The notes under the pieces: generated by a model
The model's database searches: none
The model's input: the letters and a program-made list of their open reading frames with translations, nothing else
What the model was told of the DNA's origin: nothing
Shown: piece by piece, positions 24,580-36,160 of the stretch
Layout: each line of letters opens with the position of its first letter
Position numbering within the stretch: the first letter of the stretch is position 1
Made by a program: the position numbers and the translations under genes
Origin: Folioceros fuciformis
Lineage: Eukaryota
Assembly (NCBI GenBank): GCA_049999805.1
Contig: JBNGIO010006255.1
Coordinates: 556,922-620,921 of the forward strand
Direction: 5' to 3'
Length of the DNA stretch: 64,000 bases

Positions 24580-27570
24580 TTTATTTTAGAAGAACAAGAT
24601 GAAAAAACTCATCTACTCTTAGAGAGGGAGATAAATCATGATAAGAACACTGGGGGCTAAGCCCCAAAAGCCTAAAGACTACCAAGAGCACTTAAAACAT
24701 CATGGTCTGGGAGGAGAAAGGGTCTACCTACCGCTGGGGTTGCTGATGCTGCCTCTCCTACCAACGTTGTTGTCTTATATATGGCATTAGCCAACACTCG
24801 CTATAGAGCAATAGAAACTCTCTTCTGAAAAAACACTACAATATATGGACGAGGAAGACCAAGCCCATTTTTCGTTTTATGAACCACCTTGGCGCAAAAC
24901 TTCAAAAACTTGGAAAATGTCTTATACATGGCATTGTGGGTCTTAATGACAAGAAGATAAAGTTATGTCCAGCCTATAGAGGGGTGTACTTGTAAACCTT
25001 GGCTTATGCAATCCCCTTTACCACCCAACCTAGAGAGTTCAGGATAACCTGCTCGTAGACTGTGACCTGTGTGGGGTCAGTAACAACCACGTCAGCAATA
25101 AAAACTTGTTGATCTCCTTGGATGAGGACAAGGTCAGCCCGAAGAGAAACACCATTAAGTAGAGTGTATAGGCGCTCCCTGAAAGGTGAAAAGCTAAGCT
25201 CCTTGGCGACCAAAAACATGACATCTCGCATGGCAGCATGTGTATCAATACGTTGACCCCAACCCGGGACAACCTGCAAGATGAGTACTAAAGTTGTCTA
25301 GAGCGCCCCACAAATGCAAGACAATACAAAGCAGGCTAAAGGTTAGACCAAACTAATGCGAAACCACATCGCAGTAGAGAATGTGCTTGGTGCAATTCGG
25401 GAAGCATCGATGCTAGGTCGAGCCCAAGAGCCAAGAGACCGTGCTCTTTTCTGAGCACAAATGGAGTCGTGCTCGAACGGGTCTGGGGAAAGAAGAATCC
25501 TAAATAATATTAAGCTGCATCTGCTCGTATTCCTTCTGAAGAAGAGAAGCTGGGAGCCCCCGAATTCCCACCACAAGAAGAGATGAAAATTAAGGCATAG
25601 CAATCTTAGCCGTAGAAGAAAGAGCGTCCCTAGCCAATCTTAGGGATACCTACAAGGGGAGGGCACCCTCCTTGATACCAAGAATGAAAGATTCCAAAAT
25701 GCAGGCATCATGAATGAGAAAACGGAAAGCCAAAATAGGAGCCAAAAGGGCGCAACTCTCGAGAATGTCGTTGGTGCCAAAATCTCTATTGCCACTAAAC
25801 CAATGCCACCAAACAAGATAAGAAAATATGCTTGTTGCCTTGCAAGGTCCCCCGCGCCGCACTTAAAGTTCACAACCGATTATATCACCAAAACCTGCAT
25901 TATCCTATTGTCAAAGCTCCTCAAGCTTGCTAGAAATGACAAAGAGGGGATTCTGTCTAGAAAAGGTACCTTGGACAATGTGAGAAATATAAGGAAAGAA
26001 TTTTGAATGCCACCTATGGGTCCCCTAAATTGCCCAAGTCATCTACATGAGCTAGCTCGTCTTGAAGGGCCACATCCACAAAGCCTAGGATGAAGGCCGA
26101 AGAGCCCTCCAAGATCCCTAGAACTCAAAGGCCTTCTAAATAAGTGATTTTGAGAAGACCAGACGAGACAATCCCATAGAAGCAGACCAAACCATGTAGT
26201 TCGAAAATGTCACTTGTAGACCAATACAAGCTAACTCTATGGAAAAAATCTCGAAACCTTTGCTTGCACGATTACCTCGCCGCAAAATGCGAGTATCATC
26301 TGCCACAGAGGGGTGTAAGCAATTAGAAACTATAGAGGCAGTAATAGAAAGGGCCCTACAGTGGGCCATCGCAAAGAGGCCTCCCCCCAAGCAATTGCCT
26401 TGCCTTGTGCCTTATGCTGAATCAAGCACTAAAACCCCCTCAACCGCCATCCCATCCTAATAGTAGAGAGGCGAAGGTGAGCTTTAAAAAGGAATGGAGA
26501 AAAAGGAATGAGGTTTGCTAATTGCCCTCTAGTGCCTAAAGCTTATCAAAGATAGCTACTCTGGATACTATGTTAAAGGCACTTTCTACATCCAACTGCA
26601 CAACGACCCAGTCTAGGTGAGACTCAAGATCTTCCGAAACCGCAAAAGCGGCTGACTCACAACCTCTTGGAGGGAGCTGCAATCTCAAATTGATGAGGGC
26701 TGAGATGAGATTGGAAATGATCTCAGAGCTAAATAGTAATATTCTGATTGATCGTAAGAAAGCCTCTCCCAAAACGATTGGATGCACCCTAGGAGTGGCC
26801 CTCTCTATGGTTAGCAACCTACTTGCCCCTAAAACCTGTGAAACATGAGGGGGGAACAACATCCCTTACAACCGCAGCTGGCAAAAGAAATAGCTCTAAA
26901 AAGCCACTAAAGGGATCATGAGGAGAAAAGTCGTCACAAAGATTGTCATAGACTATCCATGACAAACCCCCAATAGAAAGCCATGGGGTAGATATAAGGA
27001 CCCGCCCAAACATAGCCCTATCTAGATAGAAAGACTCCTCGGCAAAAAAATTCTGGACCTCCTTTGAAATAGGGGAGTTTGATGCTAGATAACGCCCATA
27101 TAAACCTACAATGGTCGCCTCGGAAGTCGAAGCCATTGGTTCAAGACAGAGAGCCTGAGCAACTGGAGCATACTCCCCAGCAAAAGGCACTTCTTAAGAC
27201 GTGCCTTGGCGGGGTTAAGCCTCGCTCCGTTAGTCTTGGTAGAATCCAACTGAAACCTAGCAGTACAAATACTCCTCTCGAAGGCCTTGCTAGTCTTCAG
27301 AACAAAAATGTCAAAGGCGAGAAGCCCACCTTTCGATGGCCTGAGACACGTTCCCTCAAGCACTGAAGACACCACCTAGGAAGAAAACGGAACGAAGCCC
27401 AAGTGACCTCATCTTGGGAATCTAGCACTAGCCGCTCCAAAGAAAGCTTGTAGGCCAAGCGAACATCATCATGAGAAAGTTGTGGGAGGCGTTGGAAGAG
27501 AGGCGGTCTTAGGAAGTGTGCTTCAAATAATGCCAAGATATGACCATATTGAGCTGACAACCATTACCAT
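24580..27570 (-). mobile_element. Degenerate non-LTR retrotransposon with RT and C-terminal restriction-like endonuclease (CRE-like)
   Basis: Ordered motifs HPIVLGEAF, GCESAAF, QLDVESAFNIVSR, GGGLFAMAH, ADDT, LFGGIGL, a C-x-C-G..H zinc-finger remnant, THAAMRD, RADLVL..IADV and RVSIAL*R, then a 3' UTR with AATAATAA. Many stops. Confidence 0.85.
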
Positions 27571-28423
27571 GATTTCAGAGAAGGGGAATGAATGTTACTT
27601 GTGTTTGCGCTACTAGGAGCCACCAAAGGAGAAGAAGAAGCAAGTCTAAGTTGGGCCTCTGATATAGTCCAGTTGAAATCCCTATGCATTGAACCCATAT
27701 CATGACTGGAATCACTCTTATCCGTGGGGCAGGTAAGCCCCACATAGGCGGGGGATCTACTCGCCCGTAGGATAGATCATGATTGCTCACTTCTTCAACC
27801 TAGAAACTAGCTTGCATGCTAACTCCTTATTCAGTTGTTTATGTAACGCCTGTACCTATGCTGCAGCCTGAGCTGTGGATAATCAGATTTTTTTTCTTTG
27901 CGAAAAAAAAACCCATATTATGACAATCGTCTCAAGATGTGAACAAACAAAGCCATTTTCCGTTTTCCACACACAAGATAGGGAGTGTCCTTGCAAAAAC
28001 TAACAAAGCATGACTCATGCCCCTTGGTTCGCTCCAAAACCTACTCGTTCCAACTAATAGTATGCTCCGTAACTCGAAACCATAAGACAATAATACCTTA
28101 AAAGTAGAAAAACGGAAAAAGAATAAAATTGCTAAAAGTCGAAACCCCGTTGCATTAGAGCTCCATGCCCATACTAATTGGAGAAATTGATCATCATTGC
28201 CAAACCATAACCCTAATAGTTGCCCTAAACATAGCTGAGACACCACACTCACGATACCCAAAGGCCTTGCTCTACACCCTCCAGCTTTGCTCTATAGTGG
28301 CCATGGTCCTAACAACGTACATATGTACAAAAGTAGAGAACTAGTAATTACCTAAGTAGGTGTGTTATGTACCTATTCGTACCCCATCATTGCACACCAC
28401 CACCCACCTATCACCACCCTTTG

Positions 28424-28531
28424 ACACCAGTTTGCTTCGCCACACCCCAACACCGCCCTTCCACACCCGTTTGCTTCGCCACACCCCAACACCACCCTTC
28501 TACACCTATTTGCTTTGTCACACCCCAACAC
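28424..28531. repeat. 39-bp tandem repeat, about 2.8 copies
   Basis: ACACCxxTTTGCTTyGyCACACCCCAACAC at 28424, 28463 and 28502. Confidence 0.9.
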
Positions 28532-29820
28532 GACAAGCCATCGCCACTGCTTAAGCTTCAACACCCCACCTACCTACTCCACCACGTCACAACTCACCCC
28601 CCGTGCTCTGTAGTAGTGTCCGTCACCACTCAAGCTTTGGCACCCCATCTACTCCACCTCCCTTCCCATGCACCGTTCCCACTACTCGCGCTCCAACTCC
28701 AATTCAACCCTACTCTAAGATCATATCCAAACTTTAACATGATATAAGAGCCAAGTAGACCTTGGGATTCTTAAAGAGCATTCAATTCTATACATTCTAT
28801 ATATAAATGCTAAAAATATGATGTCAAACCTAGAAAGCATTCAATTTTCTGTGTTCCATATAAAAATGTCAAAAATATGACATTAAACCTAGAAACAACA
28901 TTCTTCAACTTCTTCATTGTATTTCATGAAAAAGATCTTCAAATTCAAGTAATTTTGAATTAGATACTAATTCCTAGAATGATAGGAAAAGTTAGTATTT
29001 GAAATGCAAAGAAATTCATACATATAAAGATTAATGGATTCTTATTTTAACAACCTTAGATTTAAAGGATTAGGTTTTTTTATGTAAATTTTATCTAATA
29101 AATTATAAAAAATAAGCAACAAAAATGTCAAGAAAGATCTATTATGTGTAAGGATTGTAATAGTAATAATTTGATTAAATTAAATTTATTAGAATAAATA
29201 GAATTCAAGCATAAATTTTAAACTATTTTTTAATTAATTATAGCTCAGAAAATTTAGGACACACCCAAATTAATAGGAGATACTCTCTAAGATAAGCTAT
29301 CATTGATCATAATGAAAAATTGAGACCTCAACTATCTATTAACAATATTGATAAATTTTGTAATAAAAATAAAATAAAATAAGATTATTTTAGGGTCTTA
29401 ACCTTATGTGCTGGATATCAATAATAAAATTTATAAATTAATTACTACTATGACTCATTTACGGAGATCAATTCATATTGAAGAAGAGAGAGATATAATT
29501 GCTGATACTAGTATACCTACTTTGTTGATTAATGCAATTTCAACAATAATTTCAAAGAAAGCTAGATTGAGTTCTCTTAATACAATATGGAAGAATTTTG
29601 AAGATACAAATACTAATATCTTTTTCAATGGTGAACAACGTCATTAGCTTACTCAAATACATATATCACAATGACGATACCATACTTGCTAAAAGAAAAG
29701 GATCGTTTTGACAGAAGGGGATTTGATACCTATACCAAAAAGGTACTATAGATAGATATTCAAGAATGGGCACAAGAAGGTATTCAAGATAGGGAATAAA
29801 AGACATACATGTATGCAAGG

Positions 29821-29991
29821 TATTGTTTCTGATCTTTCCTTATATTTGATAAATAACATAACTCTCATGACAACTTCTATTGTTTCCGATCTTTTCTTAT
29901 ATGTGATAAATGACATAACTCTCATTACAACTTCTATTTTTTCTGACCTTTCCTTATATGTGATAAATAACATAACGCTTACTACAACTTC
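29821..29991 (+). repeat. 57-bp tandem triplication (19 codons) in the gag region
   Basis: Units at 29821, 29878 and 29935 translate as IVSDLSLYxINNITLxTTS three times. Confidence 0.92.
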
Positions 29992-30294
29992 TTACGAGGC
30001 TATCAAGGTTTTATTAGACATATATCAATGTGTAGGCATGATGTTTGAGGTTGCAACCAAAGAGGCTCTTCACGGCTTGAAAATGCATAAAGGAAATTAT
30101 ATATAGAATCATCTAATAAAATTAAGGAACTTTTTGTGTTGATCTTGCATCTCTTGGAGCTGTATTGATAGAGCGTAAGGCCGCAATGACTCTACTTGCG
30201 TCCTTACTTGCCACTTATACACAATTTAGGACTTGTTTACAATAATCTGTAAAATTAATTTTAGCAATAGCTACTACAGTACAATCATCTGACC

Positions 30295-31045
30295 TAACTA
30301 TCTCGCAGATTGATAGTAACTCTCTATCAATATAAGTAAACAAAAACGTTAGCCGGTACAACACTAACCATCCCGCAGATTGATAGCAACTTTCCATCAG
30401 TATAAGCAAACGAAAACGTTACCTGGTAGAGCATTAACTATCCCCCAAATTGATAGCAACTCTCCATCAGTATAAGCAAACAAAAACATTAGCCGGTACA
30501 GCACCAACTATCCCGTAGATAGCAACTCTCCATCAGTATAAGCAAACAAACACGTTAGCCAGTATAGCACTAACTATCCCACAGATTGATAGTTACTCTC
30601 CATGAGTATAAGCAAACAAAAACGTTAGCCGGTACAACACTAACTATCTCGCAAATTGATAGCAACTCTCCATCAGTATAAGCAAACGTAAACGTTAGCC
30701 GGTACAGCATTAACTATCCCGCAGATTGATAGCAACTCTCCATCAGTATAAGCAAATGAAAACATTAGCCGGTACAACATTAACTATCCCGCAGATTGAT
30801 AGCAACTCTCCATCAGTATAAGCAAACGAAAACATTAGCTGGTACAGCATTAACTATCCCGTAGATTGATAGCAACTCTCCATCAGTATAAGCAAACGAA
30901 AACATTAGCCGGTACANNNNNNNNNNTAGCAACTCTCCATCAGTATAAGCAAACGAAAACATTAGCCGGTACATCACTAACTATCCCGCAGATTGATAGC
31001 AACTCTCCATCAGTATAAGCAAACGAAAACGTTAATCGGTACAAC
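30295..31045. repeat. 70-bp minisatellite, about 10-11 copies, with a 10-N gap
   Basis: The unit TAGCAACTCTCCATCAGTATAAGCAAACGAAAACATTAGCCGGTACAGCATTAACTATCCCGCAGATTGA recurs at 30660, 30730, 30800, 30870 and elsewhere. Confidence 0.97.
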
Positions 31046-31959
31046 ATGTAGCTCTAAACAAAAAAGGGATATGTTTGGAAATTCACATGGATACTCATGC
31101 AGAGGAAAACTTAGAGGTGGTTGTGGAATGAGATTTATTAGTGGAAAAGCTAAGAGACATGATAATTGTTGTAGGAACAATGCTAATAAGCCCACGTGAA
31201 AACCAAGTGTACGCAATGATTGCAAGAAACCCGGACATTAGGCTAAGGATTGTAGAAAATATAAATTTGAGAATAAGAATTCGGGTAAGCAAAAATCAAA
31301 AGCTAATGTGGCACATAGTTTCATGTGGCATGGTTGCAATACGTCTAATTTCCTCTATAGTTGATGAATTAAATCAGTATTAGGATAGTGATGCTTCAAA
31401 AGCATATCCTAAAGGAGAAGACTTATGTCTAACTGTTGAAGTATTTACAAGTTTCTCCAATAGTTGTAACGCAATGGAGCATGGAGGTGCACCCATCAAA
31501 GAGTATAGGCGCATTGACTTCACCTTTGTGTTGTAACGCATGCCCTATAGATTGCGACAACAACCACCTTAACTTGGGCAGTTGTTGTTGGCTATGTAGG
31601 CATGGTTTTCCTCACAAACCTATCGTACCTTTTGTATTTAGGAGTTATTGATTCATTAAAGGAGAGTAGTTCAAATTGCTCTTGTAAGTTATGCACATGA
31701 GTAGAAGCTTATTAGTTCTTGAAATTCTTGATAAAGTCCTACAATCCAAATCCTCTTACCTTTCAATCTACACAATTTCATACAATGAAATAATACAAGG
31801 AAGGATTGAGAGGAAGGATACATATCCTTCTTACGGTAAAGTCATGAATAGTTTTAGTCATCCTTCTCAAATAAAGGTGTTATGAAAATTAATTAATAAT
31901 CAGAAAATGAGTAATTATATTTGTGTCTTGATCAGAAGATAATTTAATTAAAGATATTT

Positions 31960-32736
31960 TCATCTCCTTGTTGTTCTTGAGACTTATGGGGTATGGGCAA
32001 GGACTTTTCAAGGTTTATCAAGGAGTGCACCAAGGTTTATGAGAGTAATAGGAATGGTGTTCTCCCTCTTTCCTATGTGGTGGCCTTCTTTCGACAATGT
32101 GTATCCATTGCTTTGCAACGAGCAATAGCCAATGCAGTGGCCAATGCAGTTTTCAGAACGGCAATAAGCACAGGTCAAGCAGCTTTTTCGGCACCGGTGG
32201 TAGGTAGGCCTTTTGTTATTCCACATCATGATATTTTGGGAGTAGTAAGTAATTTTTGAGAATGATATTGGAAGGGGCTAGCACCCTTTTGGCCATTGGC
32301 CCTGCTCGGGTTGTTCCTCCATCTTTGGAGTGGATGAGACTTTCCATCTCTTTTTGAATAATAAAAAATACCTTAATGAATGGTCGTACCCTTTTGTTTA
32401 TCTATATCTCTTGGTATTTGTTAATATGATAGACGTAACCGCAAGTAATGGTCAACACATTTATATCTGAATGTGATGACCATAGATGATCTCTAGGGTC
32501 CTAGGGTTCTCTTATCACATTGCCTTTGTTAAGGAGTATGCAAAAGTGTATCATGGTCATGTGAATGGGCTTCCGCCTTGTTCTTTAGTGGTGGTCAATT
32601 TTTGGCATCTTATCCCTCTTTTTAAAGTAATTGCCAACAAGATTTATATTGATAGAAATAAATAGCTCTTTATTGGCATTGGTAGTTGGTAAGCCCTTCA
32701 TTGTCTCACATCAACAAGTCAAGGGAGTAGTATTTG
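31960..32736 (+). mobile_element. Two 5'-truncated 3'-end fragments of the CRE-like family
   Basis: LPLSYVVAFFRQCVSIALQRAIANAV..APVVGRPF..HHDILG matches LPRPYIVVFFQKRVSIAL*RVLANAI..TPAVGRPF..DHDVL at 24.7-24.9 kb (minus), with a shared GAGTRGATGAG..AATAATAA tail. A weaker copy (VVGKPFIVSH) lies at 32520-32736. Confidence 0.85.
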
Positions 32737-35079
32737 NNNNNNNNNNNNNNNNNNNNNNNNNNNNNNNNNNNNNNNNNNNNNNNNNNNNNNNNNNNNNNNN
32801 NNNNNNNNNNNNNNNNNNNNNNNNNNNNNNNNNNNNGATAAAGTCAATAGTCGGTATGACTTCTCGCTAACATGAGCTAGACAATATTCACACTAGAAGT
32901 GGATTTTTGGCTTTATAATCACAAAGTTATTTCCTTTGTATTTTAGTTTAGTATAGATGCCCTTGACAAATATATCCTTTGGTCTACCATTCTTATTTAT
33001 GTCATAGTGAGATAAAAAGTCATAGTAGGATAAAAAGTCCCATTCAATTTTCACCATAATAAACGTTTTTAACAAGATTAATCATATATAATACAATTCT
33101 AATTGATACCACCTTGCCATATTAAGATGGAACCGCTTTACGTGGATATATGGATATGCTCATACTTTACACAACATCAATGAAAAGATGAGAAAATATT
33201 TTTTGCGATTCTCGCAATATCAATAAAGCTCATTATTGGTGAGCCACAAGGATAGAAAAAAGACAGGGCGTTGGGATTCCATTCTACCGTGTGCAAATAA
33301 AAAAATAATGAATTAAATGATGTCTATTTTTTTTATTCTGTACTTTGGCATCTTTTTTATTTTTCAAAACAATTTTGGTAGCAAGAGAAAAAAGAAAGAA
33401 AGGTGGACGGAATAAGACTCTGAAATTATTTGAGCATAGTGACGTCATATTTGTGAAAGATACCACATGGCTTGGAGCAAAATGAAATAAGCCAATCTCA
33501 GAGTTTTGAATTTTCAACAAATACCCATATAAAAGCATATTTCTTTTCTGGGTTTGACAAAGTCTAAGATTGGGAGGCACATTAATCGAAAATCAGTACA
33601 TGCACACAGATAGATTGACTTGCAAGGAAAAAAAGGTTTCTAGAAATGACGGAATCCATGAGGGACGTGGTTCCCTCCTGGCAACCTGGGAAAGCACGAA
33701 ATGGAAGGTTGGCCGAATGCAAGCTCCAGTAGCACAAGGCAAGGAAAGGCAAGGAAAGGTGAGGAAAGGCGAGGAAAGGTGGGACAAGGCGTGGCAGGAA
33801 CGCAGAGCGAGTTGAAGATCGTTCCCAAGTTCCAAGCCACGCAGCCAAGCCCGAGGCGCCGGGACTTGACTGACCCGCCTTTGCTATCTCCGACGAATAC
33901 GCCAAAGCAGATCCGTGCGGAAATGTGGTGCGTGCGGCAGGCCCTGCGCTGCCCTGCCCAGCCTAATGTTGGAGTACTGCGTCGGCAAAGACATGATGCC
34001 ACATGGAGGGAAAAGGGTTGGCACCACTCTGGCAAGCAACGCGGCTCGATTGTGGCTTTGGATGGGGACTTTGGAGGATCCTTGGGCAAAGGGGGCGCCA
34101 CCCTGTTGCAGCATCCTCCATTGTTGACATGGGCCTCTTTTTTTTATGGGAGTGACCGTGGGGGCGCCTGGGCGGACGTACTCAGGACTCGACTTAGGGC
34201 TGGGGATAGGGTTAGGGCTGAGATGGTGAGGGTGATGGCGTTGGCTGGTACCACGTCTGGAGCGGGGGCTGAGGGTTCTAGAAGTGGAGGGGCGTGTACT
34301 ATGTGTGGGTGAGCTCACGGGCGGGCAGGGTGAGGAGCAGGGACAGAGAGGAGACGGGGCGATTCTGCGGCCGCTGAAGCTGCAGCTGCAGTTGCTGATT
34401 GTGTGCAGGAGTAGTGAAGTGGAACTGGATTCCCTGGATTCCCTTCAACAGGGGGTGGAACAGGAGGCGGATATGCTCTGCTTCGGCAGTGTGGGTTAAG
34501 GACAGGGCACACATAGTGGATAGAGATGCGCTGGGAGTGACGCGAGTGGGTGGTCATGGGATGCTCCTTTTGACGCGGCGGCCGCGCAATGGCCGCCCCG
34601 GCGTCTCTGCCGGTGCCGGTGCCGGGTGCGAGCACAGCCTGCGTCGGTCACCGTGTGAAAGAAGACAAGTTGGAAAAGGGGGCGAAGAAGGTGAGAGTGC
34701 CGGGTCGCCAACAGGAGACACGTCCGCTGCTCATGCTGCCAGACTCCAGGGAAGCAGCGGCAGCAGGAAGCGAGAAGAATAATACCTACCGGAACGTGAC
34801 GTCCAGAGTGATGTGAATATCCTTCTCGTCTGGCAACGGTACCCAAAGCGTGGGTGTTATGTGTGTGTGTGGCGGTGTGACCTAATAGTGCTGGCCAGCC
34901 GGATTCTGCCAGCCCGGCAGTGGGCTGTGAGCTCGACGACCGGACCTGGCACGGGGGGTTGTGGGCTTACCTCCCGCCATCGCCATCGCCATCGTCACCG
35001 GTTGCAGCAACCAAGAGTCAGTTTGACGCCAAACGTGCGCACACAGAAGAGCAGCTGGGTTTCTATGCTGCACATTTTT

Positions 35080-35133
35080 GGAGTCCGAGTCCCAGTCCGA
35101 GTCGGAGTCCTAGTCCCAGTCCGAGTCCGAGTC
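35080..35133. repeat. (GAGTCC)n-like hexamer microsatellite
   Basis: About 9 imperfect AGTCCS units. Confidence 0.85.
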
Positions 35134-35672
35134 CATCGCGCGCAACAATGCGGCGGGCAGACTGGGGCACAAGACACGAATCTCGGGCATGAAGCCCAAT
35201 GGAAGCAGACCCGCATCCGGGCATGGGCATGAGCATGAGAGCATGGACCGTGCTGCACAGTTCTGCTCCTGCTGATGCAGTGCTGTTTCCGGCGTGACTC
35301 AGATACAGTAGGAGAGTAGGAGAGTAGTGGAGGAGGAGTGAGTATAAGGAAGCAAAGAGGCAGGTGGTGTAGCGGGCCAGGAGAGGTGGGCACATGTCCT
35401 GCGAGAAAGGGAGGAGCCGGGGTCCGGGCGGCAGCAGCTATTATGGCGGAGTAAAGGCCAGCACAGCAAAGCTTGGATGACAAGCCATGTTTGGCAGCTG
35501 CCAACTGCCAAGAGAATCCGAACCCACAACGCCTGCCCTTCCCTCTGCCCCTCCTCCTACCATGTTCCTTACACTCCACGTACTGTACATGGGTGGAAAC
35601 TCAAGACATAGATAGAGAGAAGGCGCTAGGTGGAGGCCTCTGCGCTACGCGGGGAGCGTAAAGAGGGGAAGG

Positions 35673-36005
35673 CAGCAAGCAAGCAAGCAAGCAAGGAAAC
35701 AAAGACCAGTTGCCAGGCAACGCTCCTGCTTTGTTTGCTTGCTTCTGCGCTCTCTCTCTCTCTCTCACAGCTCGCTGCGCTGCTCCTTTTTCTCTCTCCT
35801 TTTGACGGGGTGCTGTTCTTGTTCTGTTGCTTCAGTTGTGTCTGTGGCCAGGGCAATTGCAAGGCCGGGCCATCAGTCAATCATTCGTCGGAGATAGATA
35901 GCCTTTCTACTTCCAGTCTATTGCTTCTCCTTCTTCTTCTTCTTCTTCTTCTTCTTCCTCTTCCTCTTCCTCTTCCGTCTTCCTGCACACGCACACGCAC
36001 GCGCA
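35673..36005. repeat. Microsatellite-rich leader upstream of GRAS gene 2: (GCAA)n, (CT)n, (CTT)n, (GCACAC)n
   Basis: Simple repeats directly visible upstream of the ATG at 36161. Confidence 0.85.
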
Positions 36006-36160
36006 CTCACCCTCTTCCTCCGCAACTCTCCCCCCTCTCGCTCCTCCTTTGCTTTCTCTTTTTGCTCGTGAGTCTCCTTCGCCTCCCTTTGGGTTTGAGG
36101 GTGTCTCCCAGTCCTCCCCCCCCAATCTCCCTAGCCCCTGAGTTTGGTGGGCAGTTCGTG

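Larger units (their letters stand above)
29640..31420 (+). mobile_element. Ty1/copia-like gag-protease remnant
   Basis: Gag-like LHGLKMHKG..NHL..LLASLLATY, a zinc-knuckle remnant NDCKKPGH*AKDCRK (about 31215-31260), KSKANVA, then *DSDASK at the WxLDSGAS protease position. Confidence 0.7.

Noticed and set aside
30295-31045. CRISPR-like appearance of the 70-bp array (and of the 36-bp array at 57.8 kb)
   Set aside because: Units are head-to-tail with no unique spacers, there are no cas genes, and the context is eukaryotic.
35630-36160. N-terminal extension giving a 1153-aa GRAS ORF with poly-Leu 'membrane' segments
   Set aside because: It starts at GTG and runs through CT/CTT microsatellites, typical of a 5' leader that is open by chance.
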